Below, piece by piece: positions 38,456-48,319 of a DNA stretch of 64,000 nt. Source of the stretch: a virus (lineage: Duplodnaviria; Caudoviricetes); IMG/VR virus record IMGVR_UViG_3300013121_000039, positions 32,001 through 96,000 of that record; one strand, written 5' to 3'. The position numbers were made by a program, and so were the translations under genes. Each line of letters opens with the position of its first letter. The first letter of the stretch is position 1. The notes beneath the pieces were generated by a model, which worked only from the letters and a program-made list of their open reading frames with translations, ran no database searches and was not told the DNA's origin.

Positions 38456-39550
38456 ATGCGAGAGCACGTGCTCTCGTTGCTGGACCGCTACCTCCCCGCC
38501 GCTGGCGCGAGGCCTGGGGCGGGCGGCAACGTGTTGATGAAGTGCCCGTTCCACAAGGGCGGGTTGGAGACTAGGCCGTCGTTCTCCGTCAACGCCGACC
38601 TGGGAGTGTTCCACTGCTTCACTTGCCACACGGCCGGCTCCATCGGCTACCTGCTTCGCCTTCTCGGCCTGCCGCGGCACCTCATCGAGAAGGAGCTCGC
38701 AGTCATCCAGCCTGAACTGGATGCCAACCGGGCGCAGGCGGAGTTCCAGAAGAAGCACTTCCACGCCGTACAGGATCCGTTCAAGGCCAAGGTCATCCTC
38801 CCGGAGACCTTGCTCGCCGTCTACGAGTGGTGCCCGACGTCCTTGACCGAAGCTGGGTTCGACATGGGGCTGCTCCAGGACTACGAGGTCGGCTTCGACA
38901 GACGCCACCAGCGGGTCACCTATCCGCTGCGCGACGTCTACGGCAACCTGGCGGGGATCGCCGGGGGCAGGACCCTTCCGCACCAGGAGCCGAAGTACAA
39001 GGTGTACCAGGGCAGCTCCAGGGACGCTCACCATCGGCTGATCGAAGGCGACTTCGGGCCCAGCTTCGATGAGATGTTCCCGGGGTACCGCTGTGAGAAC
39101 CACGACTTCGTGTGGAACCTCGACCGCGTCTACCCTCGCGTCATGCAGGCGATGTCAGAGCAGGACAGTACCGTCTTCGTCGTCGAGGGCTACAAGGCCT
39201 GCCTCTGGATGATCCAGAGCGGCTACCTCAACACGGTGGCGTTGATGGGCAGCTACGTCTCAGAGGCACAGCAGCGACTGCTCCACCGCCTTGGCGGGCC
39301 AGTGGTGCTGTTCCTCGACAACGACGAACCTGGAAGGAGGGCTACGCAGAAGGTCGGAAACCTCTTGTGGCGACCACTTCACGGACGCCTCAAGGTTGTG
39401 CCGTATCCGCAGGAAGATGTGCAGGCGTCGCTCGACGGAGAGAGCGACTCTCAACCAGACGACTACGAGGCTCAAGGAATCCACCAGATGGTGGCAAGCA
39501 GCCTCCCATTCCACGTCTACTCCCAGAAGAGGTTCTCCACATGGCGATGA
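38456..39550 (+). CDS. dnaG: DNA primase
   Basis: CPFH...CFTC zinc finger; TOPRIM VVEG and LDNDEPG. Confidence 0.9.
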   Translation: MREHVLSLLDRYLPAAGARPGAGGNVLMKCPFHKGGLETRPSFSVNADLGVFHCFTCHTAGSIGYLLRLLGLPRHLIEKELAVIQPELDANRAQAEFQKKHFHAVQDPFKAKVILPETLLAVYEWCPTSLTEAGFDMGLLQDYEVGFDRRHQRVTYPLRDVYGNLAGIAGGRTLPHQEPKYKVYQGSSRDAHHRLIEGDFGPSFDEMFPGYRCENHDFVWNLDRVYPRVMQAMSEQDSTVFVVEGYKACLWMIQSGYLNTVALMGSYVSEAQQRLLHRLGGPVVLFLDNDEPGRRATQKVGNLLWRPLHGRLKVVPYPQEDVQASLDGESDSQPDDYEAQGIHQMVASSLPFHVYSQKRFSTWR

Positions 39551-41022
39551 GCACGTTTCGCAGGAACACGAAGTCCGAGCAGAAGAAGGGCGGCAAGGGT
39601 CTGCGGGGCAACTGGCGGGAGCAGTTCCGCCTGCCCAAGGGCCAGCCCACCCCGTTCGTCCTGATCAGCGGGGAGTACCCCGACCCCAACCCGCAGCAGG
39701 AGATGGTCGAGATCGACCCGGCCACCGGCCAGTACGTGCCGCCCGTCGTGCCGTACTGGAAGTGGCTGAAGCACCGGCTGAAGGGCGTGAACCAGAACAC
39801 CGGGAAGCAGAAGTTCATCGACGAGCCCTGCTCCCGCGGCTGGGACAAGCACGCGCCGAAGCCCTGCGCCGGCTGCGCCGCCATGGAGTCCGGCGACAAG
39901 CGCATCACCCTGGGCGAGGCCTACTCCATGGGCCTGGTGCACCTCGTGGTCTACCACCGGCACCCGCTCGTCGACCCGAAGAAGGGTCCGGTGATGAAGA
40001 AGGACAACTCCGGGCCGGTCATGGTGGACTCGGAGTGCCTCGGCAAGGCCTGCAACTTCTGCCGGCTCCTCTCGGGGCAGCCGCCCGTCCTCCAGCAGAA
40101 CGAGTTCTGGCCGAACTACGACCGCAACACCATCCAGAACGTCTTCGGGTCGCGTCGCTACCTGGAGATCGGCTCCGGCCACCTCGGGGACATCGGCGAG
40201 TGGGACAGCCAGGTCGGCAGCCGCTGCGGAGGCATCGCCTTCGTGAAGGACGCCGCCGGGCAGTACATCCTGGACCAGAACGGGAACGCGATCCCGAAGG
40301 GGCGGTGCAACAACTTCCTCACCATCGACAGCTACAACTGCCCGAAGTGCGGGAACGTGCTCATCGACACGGCCGCCGACCCGCGCACCCCGGCGCAGCT
40401 GGAGGAGCTGGCGACCAAGAAGTACCCGTGCCACGTCTGCCAGCAGCCGGTCTTCATGAAGGAGGTCAACTCCTGCGATGCCGGGTGCTCCGGCGTCCAG
40501 GTCCACGGCATCTTCGACGGCGTGATCCAGGGCGTGCGGCAGGGTGAGGACACCCAGTCCCACCTCGTGCTGGCCGGGTTCGTCAGCGTCGAGGAGTTCG
40601 AGAGCACGCTGCACCCCTCGGTGCGGGCGCTCTTCCAGGGCAAGACCCTCCGCCAGCGCATCGAGGAGCTCGCCAAGCCGTACGAGTTCTCCGAGCTCTA
40701 CAAGCCGAAGTCGCTGGAGGAGCAGGCCAAGCGGCTGGAGATCCAGGGCTACGGCGGCTACGGCCAGGCGCAGCAGGGCTGGGCGCCCCCGGGCCAGCCC
40801 ATGATGCAGCAGCCGGGCGGCTACTACGGCAACCAGGCCCCGGCGCCGATGCAGTACCCGCCGCAGCAGCAGCCCATGCAGTACCCGCCGCAGCAGCCCC
40901 AGCAGCCGCAGTACCCGCCGCAGCAGCCGCAGAACCCGGGCTACCAGCAGTACGGCCAGCCGCAGCAGGGGCCCGGCCCGGCGCCGTTCGTGCCGCCCCA
41001 GCAGCCCAACTTCGGCAAGTAG
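39547..41022 (+). CDS. Putative ssDNA-binding protein with Zn ribbons and a Q/P/Y/G tail
   Basis: Lies between primase and polymerase; several CxxC pairs; PMQYPPQQ repeats; SSB call is contextual. Confidence 0.55.
   Translation: MSTFRRNTKSEQKKGGKGLRGNWREQFRLPKGQPTPFVLISGEYPDPNPQQEMVEIDPATGQYVPPVVPYWKWLKHRLKGVNQNTGKQKFIDEPCSRGWDKHAPKPCAGCAAMESGDKRITLGEAYSMGLVHLVVYHRHPLVDPKKGPVMKKDNSGPVMVDSECLGKACNFCRLLSGQPPVLQQNEFWPNYDRNTIQNVFGSRRYLEIGSGHLGDIGEWDSQVGSRCGGIAFVKDAAGQYILDQNGNAIPKGRCNNFLTIDSYNCPKCGNVLIDTAADPRTPAQLEELATKKYPCHVCQQPVFMKEVNSCDAGCSGVQVHGIFDGVIQGVRQGEDTQSHLVLAGFVSVEEFESTLHPSVRALFQGKTLRQRIEELAKPYEFSELYKPKSLEEQAKRLEIQGYGGYGQAQQGWAPPGQPMMQQPGGYYGNQAPAPMQYPPQQQPMQYPPQQPQQPQYPPQQPQNPGYQQYGQPQQGPGPAPFVPPQQPNFGK
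40843..40932 (+). repeat. Three imperfect coding repeats of CAGTACCCGCCGCAGCAGC (QYPPQQ)
   Basis: Visible directly in the sequence. Confidence 0.75.
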
Positions 41023-41035
41023 CAGAGCAGTCCAT

Positions 41036-41070
41036 GAGGCCCTCCCCCGGCGTTGGGGGAGGGCCTTTCC
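41036..41070 (+). terminator. Intrinsic terminator-like hairpin
   Basis: aggccctccccc / gggggagggcct followed by TTCC. Confidence 0.55.
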
Positions 41071-41085
41071 TCTTGGAGCGCCTAC

Positions 41086-43080
41086 ATGCCCGGTTTCGAC
41101 CTGTCTCTTCCGCCCCCGTACTACCCCGAGAGTGAGTACGAGGCGCGGCAGTGGATGAATCACTTCCTCCAGTCCTACAAGCTGAACGACGGGAGCCTTG
41201 GCCTCGACTCCGAGACCAGCGGCATCGACAAGCGCAAGGACGTCGTCATCATCTGGTCGCTCTCGGACGGGGCGAACCGGATCTGCCTCCCAGCCAAGTT
41301 CCTCCAGCTCTACCGCGAGCCGATCCTGGAGAACCCAGAGATCGCGCTCGACCTGACCAACGCCAAGTTCGACGCCCACATGTTCGCCAACACGGGCGTG
41401 GACATCTCGAAGGCTGGGCCCTGGCGCGACACCATCGTCCAGAGCTTCCTCATCGACGAGAACCGGCAGGGGCGGCACGGTCTCAAGGAGACTGTCCACG
41501 ACTTCCTCGGCCGCAGCCCTCCTACCTTCGTCGAGATCTTCGGCAAGGTCCCCACGGCCAAGAAGGGCCAGGTCAGGAAGACCACTGGCGAGCTCATCTA
41601 CGAGGCGCTCGCTGACCCGGAGAAGAAGGAGAAGGCCATCGACTACGCGTCGATGGACGCGTACAACACGACGACGCTCCGGCGCTGGTTCGACCAGCAG
41701 CTCGCGCAGATCTACATGTACGAGGGGCGCAACCTCTTCGACTTCTACCACCAGGTCGAGGTGCCCTTCACGAAGGTGCTCTGGAAGATGGAGCGCCGCG
41801 GCTTCCAGATCGACCCGGTCTACCTGTGGGCTCTCAAGGAGCCCATGGAAGCCAAGATGCAGGAGATCGAGCGCGAGTTCGCCAAGGCCTATGGCCAGCT
41901 CATCAACCTCCGCTCGACCAACGCCGTCCGAGACTTCTTCTTCGGGTTCCTCGGCAAGCAAGCCATCAAGATGACGGATGGCGGGACCACGGGGAACGTG
42001 CAGCCCTCAGTCGACGCCGAAGTCCTGGAGGAGTGGGCCGGCCAGGGCGACGGGTGGGCGAAGCTGCTCCTGGAGCATCGAGGCGTCTCCAAGATCTACG
42101 GCACCTACGTCATGGGGCTCATGGATCTGCTCGACGCGCGGTTCAGGGTCCACACCTCGCTCAACCAGATCGGGGCCCAGTCCGGCCGCCTATCCTCGTC
42201 CGACCCCAACCTCCAGAACATCCCGGCCGCACGCGAAGACCAGTTCAAGATCCGGGAAGCCTTCATCGCCTCGAAGGGCAAGAAGCTCATCGTCGCCGAC
42301 TACGCGCAGTTGGAGATGCGCCTCATGGCGCACTTCTCCGGCGACGAGAAGATGATCAAGGCCATCATCGACGGCATCGACCTGCACTGCTTCACGGTGT
42401 CGGAGATGTACGGCATCCCGTACGAGGAGGTCATCGGCGCCGTCAAGCACGAGAAGAAGTTCAAGAACGGCGACACCACCGAGCCTCTCTCGCAGCGTGA
42501 GGAGGAGCTCCTCATCTACCGGCAGGCCGCCAAGGCCACCGGCTTCGGCATCATCTACGGCATCGGCGGCCCGCGGCTCGCGGCCCAGCTCACCAAGATG
42601 GGGTCGAAGGTCTACTCGCCCGAGGAGGGCTACAAGCTCATCGACAAGTGGTTCGGCGTCTTCCCTGGCGTCCGGGTCTACATCGAGGACCAGAAGAACA
42701 AGATGCGGATGTTCGGCGCGGTCCAGACCCTGACCGGCCGCCTCCGCCGTGCTGGCGACATCGCCAACATGTCGAAGAAGGATGCCGGCCAGACCGAGCG
42801 CACCCTCATCAACGCCACCATCCAGGGGTCTGCGGCCGACATCGCCAAGTCGGCCATGCTCCAGGCGGACTGCGACGCAGTGCTCCTGTCCTGTGGCGCA
42901 GCGATGCTCCTCCAGGTCCACGACGAGCTCATCTTCGAGGTGGACGACGACGAGGAGAAGGTGAAGACGGCCAAGGCGCGCCTCAAGGAGATCATGGAGA
43001 ACCCGTTCCCCGGCCAGTCGCTCCGGGTGCCGCTGCCGGCCGAGGTCGGCGACGCGTACACCTGGGCGGCCGCCAAGTAG
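41086..43080 (+). CDS. polA: Family A DNA polymerase with 3'-5' exonuclease
   Basis: DSET, NAKFD, YASMD; SGRLSSSDPNLQN, ADYAQLE-R, RQAAKATGFGIIYG and QVHDE motifs. Confidence 0.96.
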   Translation: MPGFDLSLPPPYYPESEYEARQWMNHFLQSYKLNDGSLGLDSETSGIDKRKDVVIIWSLSDGANRICLPAKFLQLYREPILENPEIALDLTNAKFDAHMFANTGVDISKAGPWRDTIVQSFLIDENRQGRHGLKETVHDFLGRSPPTFVEIFGKVPTAKKGQVRKTTGELIYEALADPEKKEKAIDYASMDAYNTTTLRRWFDQQLAQIYMYEGRNLFDFYHQVEVPFTKVLWKMERRGFQIDPVYLWALKEPMEAKMQEIEREFAKAYGQLINLRSTNAVRDFFFGFLGKQAIKMTDGGTTGNVQPSVDAEVLEEWAGQGDGWAKLLLEHRGVSKIYGTYVMGLMDLLDARFRVHTSLNQIGAQSGRLSSSDPNLQNIPAAREDQFKIREAFIASKGKKLIVADYAQLEMRLMAHFSGDEKMIKAIIDGIDLHCFTVSEMYGIPYEEVIGAVKHEKKFKNGDTTEPLSQREEELLIYRQAAKATGFGIIYGIGGPRLAAQLTKMGSKVYSPEEGYKLIDKWFGVFPGVRVYIEDQKNKMRMFGAVQTLTGRLRRAGDIANMSKKDAGQTERTLINATIQGSAADIAKSAMLQADCDAVLLSCGAAMLLQVHDELIFEVDDDEEKVKTAKARLKEIMENPFPGQSLRVPLPAEVGDAYTWAAAK

Positions 43081-43090
43081 GAGAGACACC

Positions 43091-43825
43091 ATGGGCTGCG
43101 ACATCCACTTCAGAGTCGAGAAGAAGGTCAAGGGGGTCTGGAAGGAGGTCCCAGGCCCTATGCGGACGTGCTTCGGCTGCGACGGAGACGGCAAGAAGCG
43201 GGACCAGGACGGAACGGTCACCGAGGAGAAGTGCTACTGGTGCAAGGGGCACGGTCGCCGGCGAGAGGAGTTCTACGAGGGTCGGAACTACCAGCTCTTC
43301 TCCATCCTCGCAGGCGTCCGTGACTACGGCGGGGTGAAGCCGATCAAGAAGCCGAAGGGCTTCCCGCGAGACGCCTCGGACACGGTGAAGAGGCGCTACA
43401 GGGGCTGGGGCGGGGACGCCCACTCGCCCTCCTGGTACAGCCTGAAGGAGATGCGCGACTTCGACTGGAGCCAGAAGGCCGGCTTCGTCGCAGGCATCAT
43501 CACCATCAAGCAGTTCAAGGAGCTGAAGGAGTCTGGCAAGGAGCCGGAGTCCTACTGCCAGGGCATCGGCGGCCCCAACATCCGGGTGGTCGACGAGGGC
43601 TGGGCCCAGGAGCAGCTCCTCGTCGAGAAGATCTCCCTGAAGGAAGGGGAGAAGTCCGTCTTCGAGGACGGGGTGAACTACCACGTGCGCGCCGCGTGGG
43701 GGAAGCCGTACAAGGACATGGCCGACAAGTCCTTCCTCAAGGTGCTCGACGAGATGGAGGCCATCGCCAAGAAGGCCAAGCTCAAGCAGGACCAGATCCG
43801 CATGGTCTTCTGGTTCGACAACTAG
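43091..43825 (+). CDS. Conserved phage-type protein with Zn-finger insert
   Basis: MGCDIH...RNYQLFSILAGVR...HSPSW...RMVFWFDN; CxxCxGxG twice. Confidence 0.75.
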   Translation: MGCDIHFRVEKKVKGVWKEVPGPMRTCFGCDGDGKKRDQDGTVTEEKCYWCKGHGRRREEFYEGRNYQLFSILAGVRDYGGVKPIKKPKGFPRDASDTVKRRYRGWGGDAHSPSWYSLKEMRDFDWSQKAGFVAGIITIKQFKELKESGKEPESYCQGIGGPNIRVVDEGWAQEQLLVEKISLKEGEKSVFEDGVNYHVRAAWGKPYKDMADKSFLKVLDEMEAIAKKAKLKQDQIRMVFWFDN

Positions 43826-43834
43826 GAGGGGCAG

Positions 43835-44110
43835 ATGCCCAGGTACGAGGAAGAGAAGCTCCGACTCATCGCAGGAGAAGCACTCGGGGAGCTCATGCGC
43901 GCCACGGAGCTCCACGGCCCGATGCGCAGCGGGCACGAGGGCTACGCGGTCCTCAAGGAGGAGGTCGACGAGCTCTGGGAGATGATCAAGGTGAACCCCA
44001 AGAAGCTCACCGAGATCCAGAAGGCGGAGCTCAAGCTGAAGATCCGTGAGGAGGCCATCCAGGTTGCTGCGATGGGCATGCGGTTCGTCCTGGATGTCTG
44101 CGGCCCGTGA
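43835..44110 (+). CDS. MazG-like NTP pyrophosphatase
   Basis: EEVDEL...EEAIQVAAM pattern. Confidence 0.6.
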   Translation: MPRYEEEKLRLIAGEALGELMRATELHGPMRSGHEGYAVLKEEVDELWEMIKVNPKKLTEIQKAELKLKIREEAIQVAAMGMRFVLDVCGP

Positions 44111-44403
44111 CCTTCACGGAGCTCATCGCCGCGGTGGCGAAGGACTCCAAGCTGCCACGTCATGTGGTGGCCGGAGTCCTTCGCTCCTTCATCAAGGTCT
44201 CCACCGCCGCCCTGGTGTCAGGGCGGGACGTTAAGCTGCGGTCGTTCGGCTCCTTCTACACAGTGGTGCCGAAGAGAAAGCCGCTGTTCGGTGGGCGCCG
44301 TTCCCCAAGAGGACACCCAGTCATCCGCTTCAAGGAGAGCCGCCATGGAGAAGTACGGAGTCGAGTTCGACCAGGAGAAGACGAAGACGTCGGGGAAGGG
44401 TGA
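44107..44403 (+). CDS. HU/IHF-family DNA-binding protein
   Basis: ELIAAVA...VKLRSFGSF...VIRFK. Confidence 0.8.
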   Translation: MTFTELIAAVAKDSKLPRHVVAGVLRSFIKVSTAALVSGRDVKLRSFGSFYTVVPKRKPLFGGRRSPRGHPVIRFKESRHGEVRSRVRPGEDEDVGEG

Positions 44404-44503
44404 CACCTGCCCGAAGTGCGGGCTGGCCATCGACCCCGCCACGCCCCGGTACTGCAAGACGTGCGGCACCGAGCCCTTCGAGAAGAAGCCGGACACCAAG
44501 TAG
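44345..44503 (+). CDS. Small zinc-ribbon protein
   Basis: AAGGAG RBS; CPKCG and CKTCG. Confidence 0.7.
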   Translation: MEKYGVEFDQEKTKTSGKGDTCPKCGLAIDPATPRYCKTCGTEPFEKKPDTK

Positions 44504-44527
44504 TCCCCACTCCGAGAAAGGTACGCC

Positions 44528-45805
44528 ATGGCCGTGAAGAAGGGCGGCGCAGCGCCAGCTGCGCCCAAGAAGGGTCTGTCGCGTAGTGATCGTGCCGCCG
44601 CAGTCGTGGAGTGGACCAACGACAAGATGAAGGGGCACGCCCAGGTCAAGGTGGCATCGGAGTACGTGCTGCCCTTCATGACGAAGAGGCTGCCGACCGG
44701 GCTCCTCTCCCTCGACGTGGAGCTCGGAGGCGGCTTCCCCGCCGGCGGCATCTCCCAGATCGTCGGAGCCAAGAACGCCGGGAAGAGCTACATCGCCTGG
44801 CAGGTGGCCAGACAGCAGCAGTTCTACAAGGGCGACGACTTCATGTGCCTGCTCGCCATGACCGAGATGCGTGCCGACCGCACGCAGGCCAAGCGTGCAG
44901 GAGTCGCCATCTCCCTCGGCGACGACGACATCATCTCCCTGGAGAAGGCCCGGGTGGACCAGGGCCTCGCCAAGTTCTCGAAGGAGGAGCTGTCCTCTCT
45001 GCGCCACGAGGTTGGCACCTTCCACGAGGTCCACGCCACCAGTGCAGAGAAGCTCTTCGACGTGCTCCTCAAGGCCGTCGCGGACAACGCCTACCATCTC
45101 GTCATCCTCGACTCCTTCGGCTCGATCATGAGCGCGGCCGAGTCCGAGGTGAAGACGCTGAACGACAAGACCTACGGCGGAGCCTCAGGCCCCATCTCGC
45201 AGTTCCTGAAGCACCTCACCTCCCTGCTGACCATGGACGACGGCACCGGGAACGCCAGGGACGTCTGCATCCTCGGCATCAACCAGATCCGCGACGCCAT
45301 CGGTGATCCCAACCTGGAGTACCGCTCTCCCGGCGGCAAGGCTCTGGAGCACGCCAAGTTCGTCGACCTCCTGCTGCGCTCCGGCGCCGCCCAGGGGTAC
45401 GAGGACAGCATCTACACCTCGAACGGCACGAAGAAGCGCTTCATCCAGACCGGGAAGGAAGTGAACTGGAAGATCGTGAAGGGCAAGGCCGGCATCCACG
45501 AAGGCGGGACCGGCAGCTACATCTTCGACTTCCGCACCGCCCAGGGCGACTTCTACACCGACACGCTGGTGGCCGGCGTCCGCAGCGGCGTCATCACGCA
45601 GTCCGGGGCGTGGCTCGGCCTTCCCAACCCGACCGACCCCTCGAAGAACCTCCTCTACGCCCAGGGTAAGGACAAGTTCCTGACCGCCCTCGCCGAGGAT
45701 GCCATGAAGTGCGCGCAGGAAGATCGGACCGACTCGCTGATGAACCACATCCGCAACGAGGTCTTCAAGAAGCACGGCATCTTCATCAACTACGACTGGG
45801 AGTGA
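44528..45805 (+). CDS. recA: RecA-family recombinase
   Basis: TGLLSLD-LGGGFP-G, GAKNAGKS, ILDS, INQIR and PGGKALEH motifs. Confidence 0.92.
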   Translation: MAVKKGGAAPAAPKKGLSRSDRAAAVVEWTNDKMKGHAQVKVASEYVLPFMTKRLPTGLLSLDVELGGGFPAGGISQIVGAKNAGKSYIAWQVARQQQFYKGDDFMCLLAMTEMRADRTQAKRAGVAISLGDDDIISLEKARVDQGLAKFSKEELSSLRHEVGTFHEVHATSAEKLFDVLLKAVADNAYHLVILDSFGSIMSAAESEVKTLNDKTYGGASGPISQFLKHLTSLLTMDDGTGNARDVCILGINQIRDAIGDPNLEYRSPGGKALEHAKFVDLLLRSGAAQGYEDSIYTSNGTKKRFIQTGKEVNWKIVKGKAGIHEGGTGSYIFDFRTAQGDFYTDTLVAGVRSGVITQSGAWLGLPNPTDPSKNLLYAQGKDKFLTALAEDAMKCAQEDRTDSLMNHIRNEVFKKHGIFINYDWE

Positions 45806-45808
45806 TGG

Positions 45809-46057
45809 ATGGCCAAGCTCCCCGACAAGCTGTTCAAGACCACCATCGTCATCTGGTCGGAGTACGACCCGAGCGCCAACAACATGGAGCTGGAGGATCT
45901 CGCTCGTGAGGCAACGGGCGGGGATGCCTACTGCTCCAAGCAGGAGGGGGAGTGGGTAGACCCGAGGATGGACGAGGCCTGGGACGGCTCCGAGTTCTTC
46001 GGTACCGACGACGGCGAGGAGGATGAGGATGGCGAAGAGCCGGCAGCAGAAGCGTAG
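45809..46057 (+). CDS. Acidic hypothetical protein
   Basis: 82-aa ORF. Confidence 0.65.
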   Translation: MAKLPDKLFKTTIVIWSEYDPSANNMELEDLAREATGGDAYCSKQEGEWVDPRMDEAWDGSEFFGTDDGEEDEDGEEPAAEA

Positions 46058-46577
46058 TCGTCTGCAAGAGCGCCGCATCGCTGAAGAGGTGGGCGGCCGC
46101 ACGCAGGCCGGGTCCGGATCCTCCTGGTCAGCTAAGAGTGACGTTCGCAGCATGGGCAGGCTCCGCGTCGAAGCCAAGTTCACCGAGAAGGGGACCTACT
46201 CGCTGAAGCTGGCGGACTGGCTCAAGATCAAGGACGAGGCCATCAAGGGCGGGCTGGAGACCCCAGCCATGCAGATCGAGTTCATCCCGCCAGGGGCCGC
46301 CGGCACCTACAAGCTCGCGGTGATGAGCTACCAGCTCTTCCGGCACTGGCACGGCTTCTCCCAGGAGAAGACGCTCTTCGAGGCGGAGTTCTTCTGCACC
46401 GGGAAGCAGTTCACCATCGACTGGGTCGACGCCAGATCCCACTTCGTGAGCTCCATCGGCCGGGCCGGGCACGGAGTATGGCGGGTCGTCTTCGACCGAG
46501 GCCCGAACGAGCAGAAGGTCTCCCTCGCGCTCATCGAGTGGGACCTGTTCACCACCCTCCACGAGGAGCAGGAATGA
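46029..46577 (+). CDS. PD-(D/E)xK nuclease, Holliday-junction-resolvase-like
   Basis: QERRIA...GSG...SDV...VEAK. Confidence 0.75.
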   Translation: MAKSRQQKRSRLQERRIAEEVGGRTQAGSGSSWSAKSDVRSMGRLRVEAKFTEKGTYSLKLADWLKIKDEAIKGGLETPAMQIEFIPPGAAGTYKLAVMSYQLFRHWHGFSQEKTLFEAEFFCTGKQFTIDWVDARSHFVSSIGRAGHGVWRVVFDRGPNEQKVSLALIEWDLFTTLHEEQE

Positions 46578-46876
46578 CCTTCGACGAGATCATCAAGGAG
46601 ATCGCCTCCATCACCACCAGGGTCGAGAAGAAGACGATCCAGGAACTGGCGCTCAAGACCAGCGAGGAGGTCGGGGAGCTGGCCCAGGCCGTCCTCTCCG
46701 TCACCAGTGCCCCGGGCTGTCGCTACAAGCAGAAGACCTGGGACGACGTGGACGAGGAGGCGGTGGACGTCGTCATCTGCGCCTTCGCCACCGCGCTGAA
46801 GGGCGCGCCGGACCCGGAGCGGCTCAAGACCATCTTCGAGAGGAAGATGGCCAAGTGGAAGGAGAAGCTGGGATGA
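46574..46876 (+). CDS. MazG-like NTP pyrophosphatase
   Basis: EEVGELAQAV...EEAVDV. Confidence 0.8.
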   Translation: MTFDEIIKEIASITTRVEKKTIQELALKTSEEVGELAQAVLSVTSAPGCRYKQKTWDDVDEEAVDVVICAFATALKGAPDPERLKTIFERKMAKWKEKLG

Positions 46877-47736
46877 GCAGGCCCGTACTGCACCTTCACA
46901 CCATCGAGCAGTGGTACTCCGCGCCTGAGGGGGTCCGCGAGCTCGTGCTTCGGGCCCTCCGGGTCCGGGAACGGCTGTGGGCCTTTCGGCTCAAGCTGGA
47001 GCAGGAGAAGGTCGACCTGAAGGAGGCGAAGTGGATCCCGTGCGTGGAGTGTGACCAGACCGGGTGGAGGTGGAAGCACCCCCGCAAGCCTGGGATCCAC
47101 CCGTCCGCCATCTCGACCACACCGTGCCTCCTGAAGGTCTACTGGGAGGCGGTGGGGCGCGAGGCATCGGTCATGCACGAGGCCCGGGAGCTACTCATCT
47201 TCGACCTCGGGACCGCCGCGCACGACATGCTCCAGAGCTTCGGCATGGCCGGCGCCTGGGGGTCCTACTACAAGCCGGAGATCCCCATCGAGCAGACCCC
47301 ACTCGCCCAGCAGCTCGGGCTGGTGGGCCATGCAGACGCCGACAACATCATCGTCATCGAGGACATCGCGGACGCCCCCATCATCGAGGTGGGGGTGGTG
47401 CACGAGTACAAGTCGATCAACGACAAGGGCTTCGAGAGCCTGCGCGGGAAGCCGAAGCCGCAGCACACAACGCAGGCCACCATCTACTCGGGCTGCCTCA
47501 ATCGACCGCTCGTCGTCTACCTCTACTTCAACAAGAACAACTCCAACATCGTCGACTTCCCAGTGCCCTTCAACTACTCCGTCTGGGAGAACGTGGCCCA
47601 GAGGGCGATGGTGGTGAAGCAGGCACTCGAAGCGCAGGTCGAGCCCAAGGCAGAGGTGGGCTACCACTGCGGGCAGTGCCCGTACATCTACGGCTGTGAC
47701 GCCTACAAGGCGTCCAAGCAGAAGAAGGGAGCATGA
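46873..47736 (+). CDS. Cas4/RecB-like PD-(D/E)xK exonuclease
   Basis: HPS-x-C, GTAAH, GHAD, EYKS, Q-x3-Y and C-terminal CxxC-x4-C. Confidence 0.8.
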   Translation: MSRPVLHLHTIEQWYSAPEGVRELVLRALRVRERLWAFRLKLEQEKVDLKEAKWIPCVECDQTGWRWKHPRKPGIHPSAISTTPCLLKVYWEAVGREASVMHEARELLIFDLGTAAHDMLQSFGMAGAWGSYYKPEIPIEQTPLAQQLGLVGHADADNIIVIEDIADAPIIEVGVVHEYKSINDKGFESLRGKPKPQHTTQATIYSGCLNRPLVVYLYFNKNNSNIVDFPVPFNYSVWENVAQRAMVVKQALEAQVEPKAEVGYHCGQCPYIYGCDAYKASKQKKGA

Positions 47737-47737
47737 C

Positions 47738-48319
47738 ATGATCGGCAGCCTCGTGGGCGTGCAGGCCATGGACGTGGAGCAGATCAAGCAGGCGCTCTCC
47801 GTCTCTGAGCAGGCGGCCCAAGCCGTGATCTCGAAGGGGTTCGTCTTCCCCGCCATCCCGCAGAACCAGAAGTACCACGGGGTTCTGCCCTCGAACCTCA
47901 TCTTCCTCGACGACAACAGCCTGGGAGACCTGCTCGGCGAGATCGCGACCTGGTGCAACTACGCCAACTCCGAGCTCGCCAAGGCCAGAGCGGCCAGGGA
48001 CGAGTCGGAGGAGAAGATGAAGTCGGTGGTCTCCCGGCTCCGGCTCAACGTGAAGATGGTGACGGAGGGGAGGAAGCCGTCCAATCCGGAGATGGACGAC
48101 ATCGTCAACTCCGACCAGCGCACCATCGACGTGAAGAGGAACTACCTCTTCTGCCTCGCGGTCTACGACTACACCAAGCAGCTCGTGGACGCGGCCCAGC
48201 GCGACTGGGAGACTGTCTCCCGCCGCATCACCCAGCGCGGCCAGGAGATCGAGCGGCACAAGCGGACCGAGGGCGCCGGGACCGTGCCCGTCATGGCTGG
48301 CGCCTTCAGGAGGCCGTGA
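47738..48319 (+). CDS. Coiled-coil protein, possibly a UvsY-like recombination mediator
   Basis: Helical, located in the recA cluster; function inferred only. Confidence 0.5.
   Translation: MIGSLVGVQAMDVEQIKQALSVSEQAAQAVISKGFVFPAIPQNQKYHGVLPSNLIFLDDNSLGDLLGEIATWCNYANSELAKARAARDESEEKMKSVVSRLRLNVKMVTEGRKPSNPEMDDIVNSDQRTIDVKRNYLFCLAVYDYTKQLVDAAQRDWETVSRRITQRGQEIERHKRTEGAGTVPVMAGAFRRP

Noticed and set aside
17319-43080. Inteins or introns in RNAP, DnaB or PolA
   Set aside because: Conserved motifs are contiguous and no intein-sized insertions are evident.
46873-47736. Cas4-like nuclease as evidence of CRISPR-Cas
   Set aside because: No repeat-spacer array or other cas genes seen; it sits in a recombination cluster.
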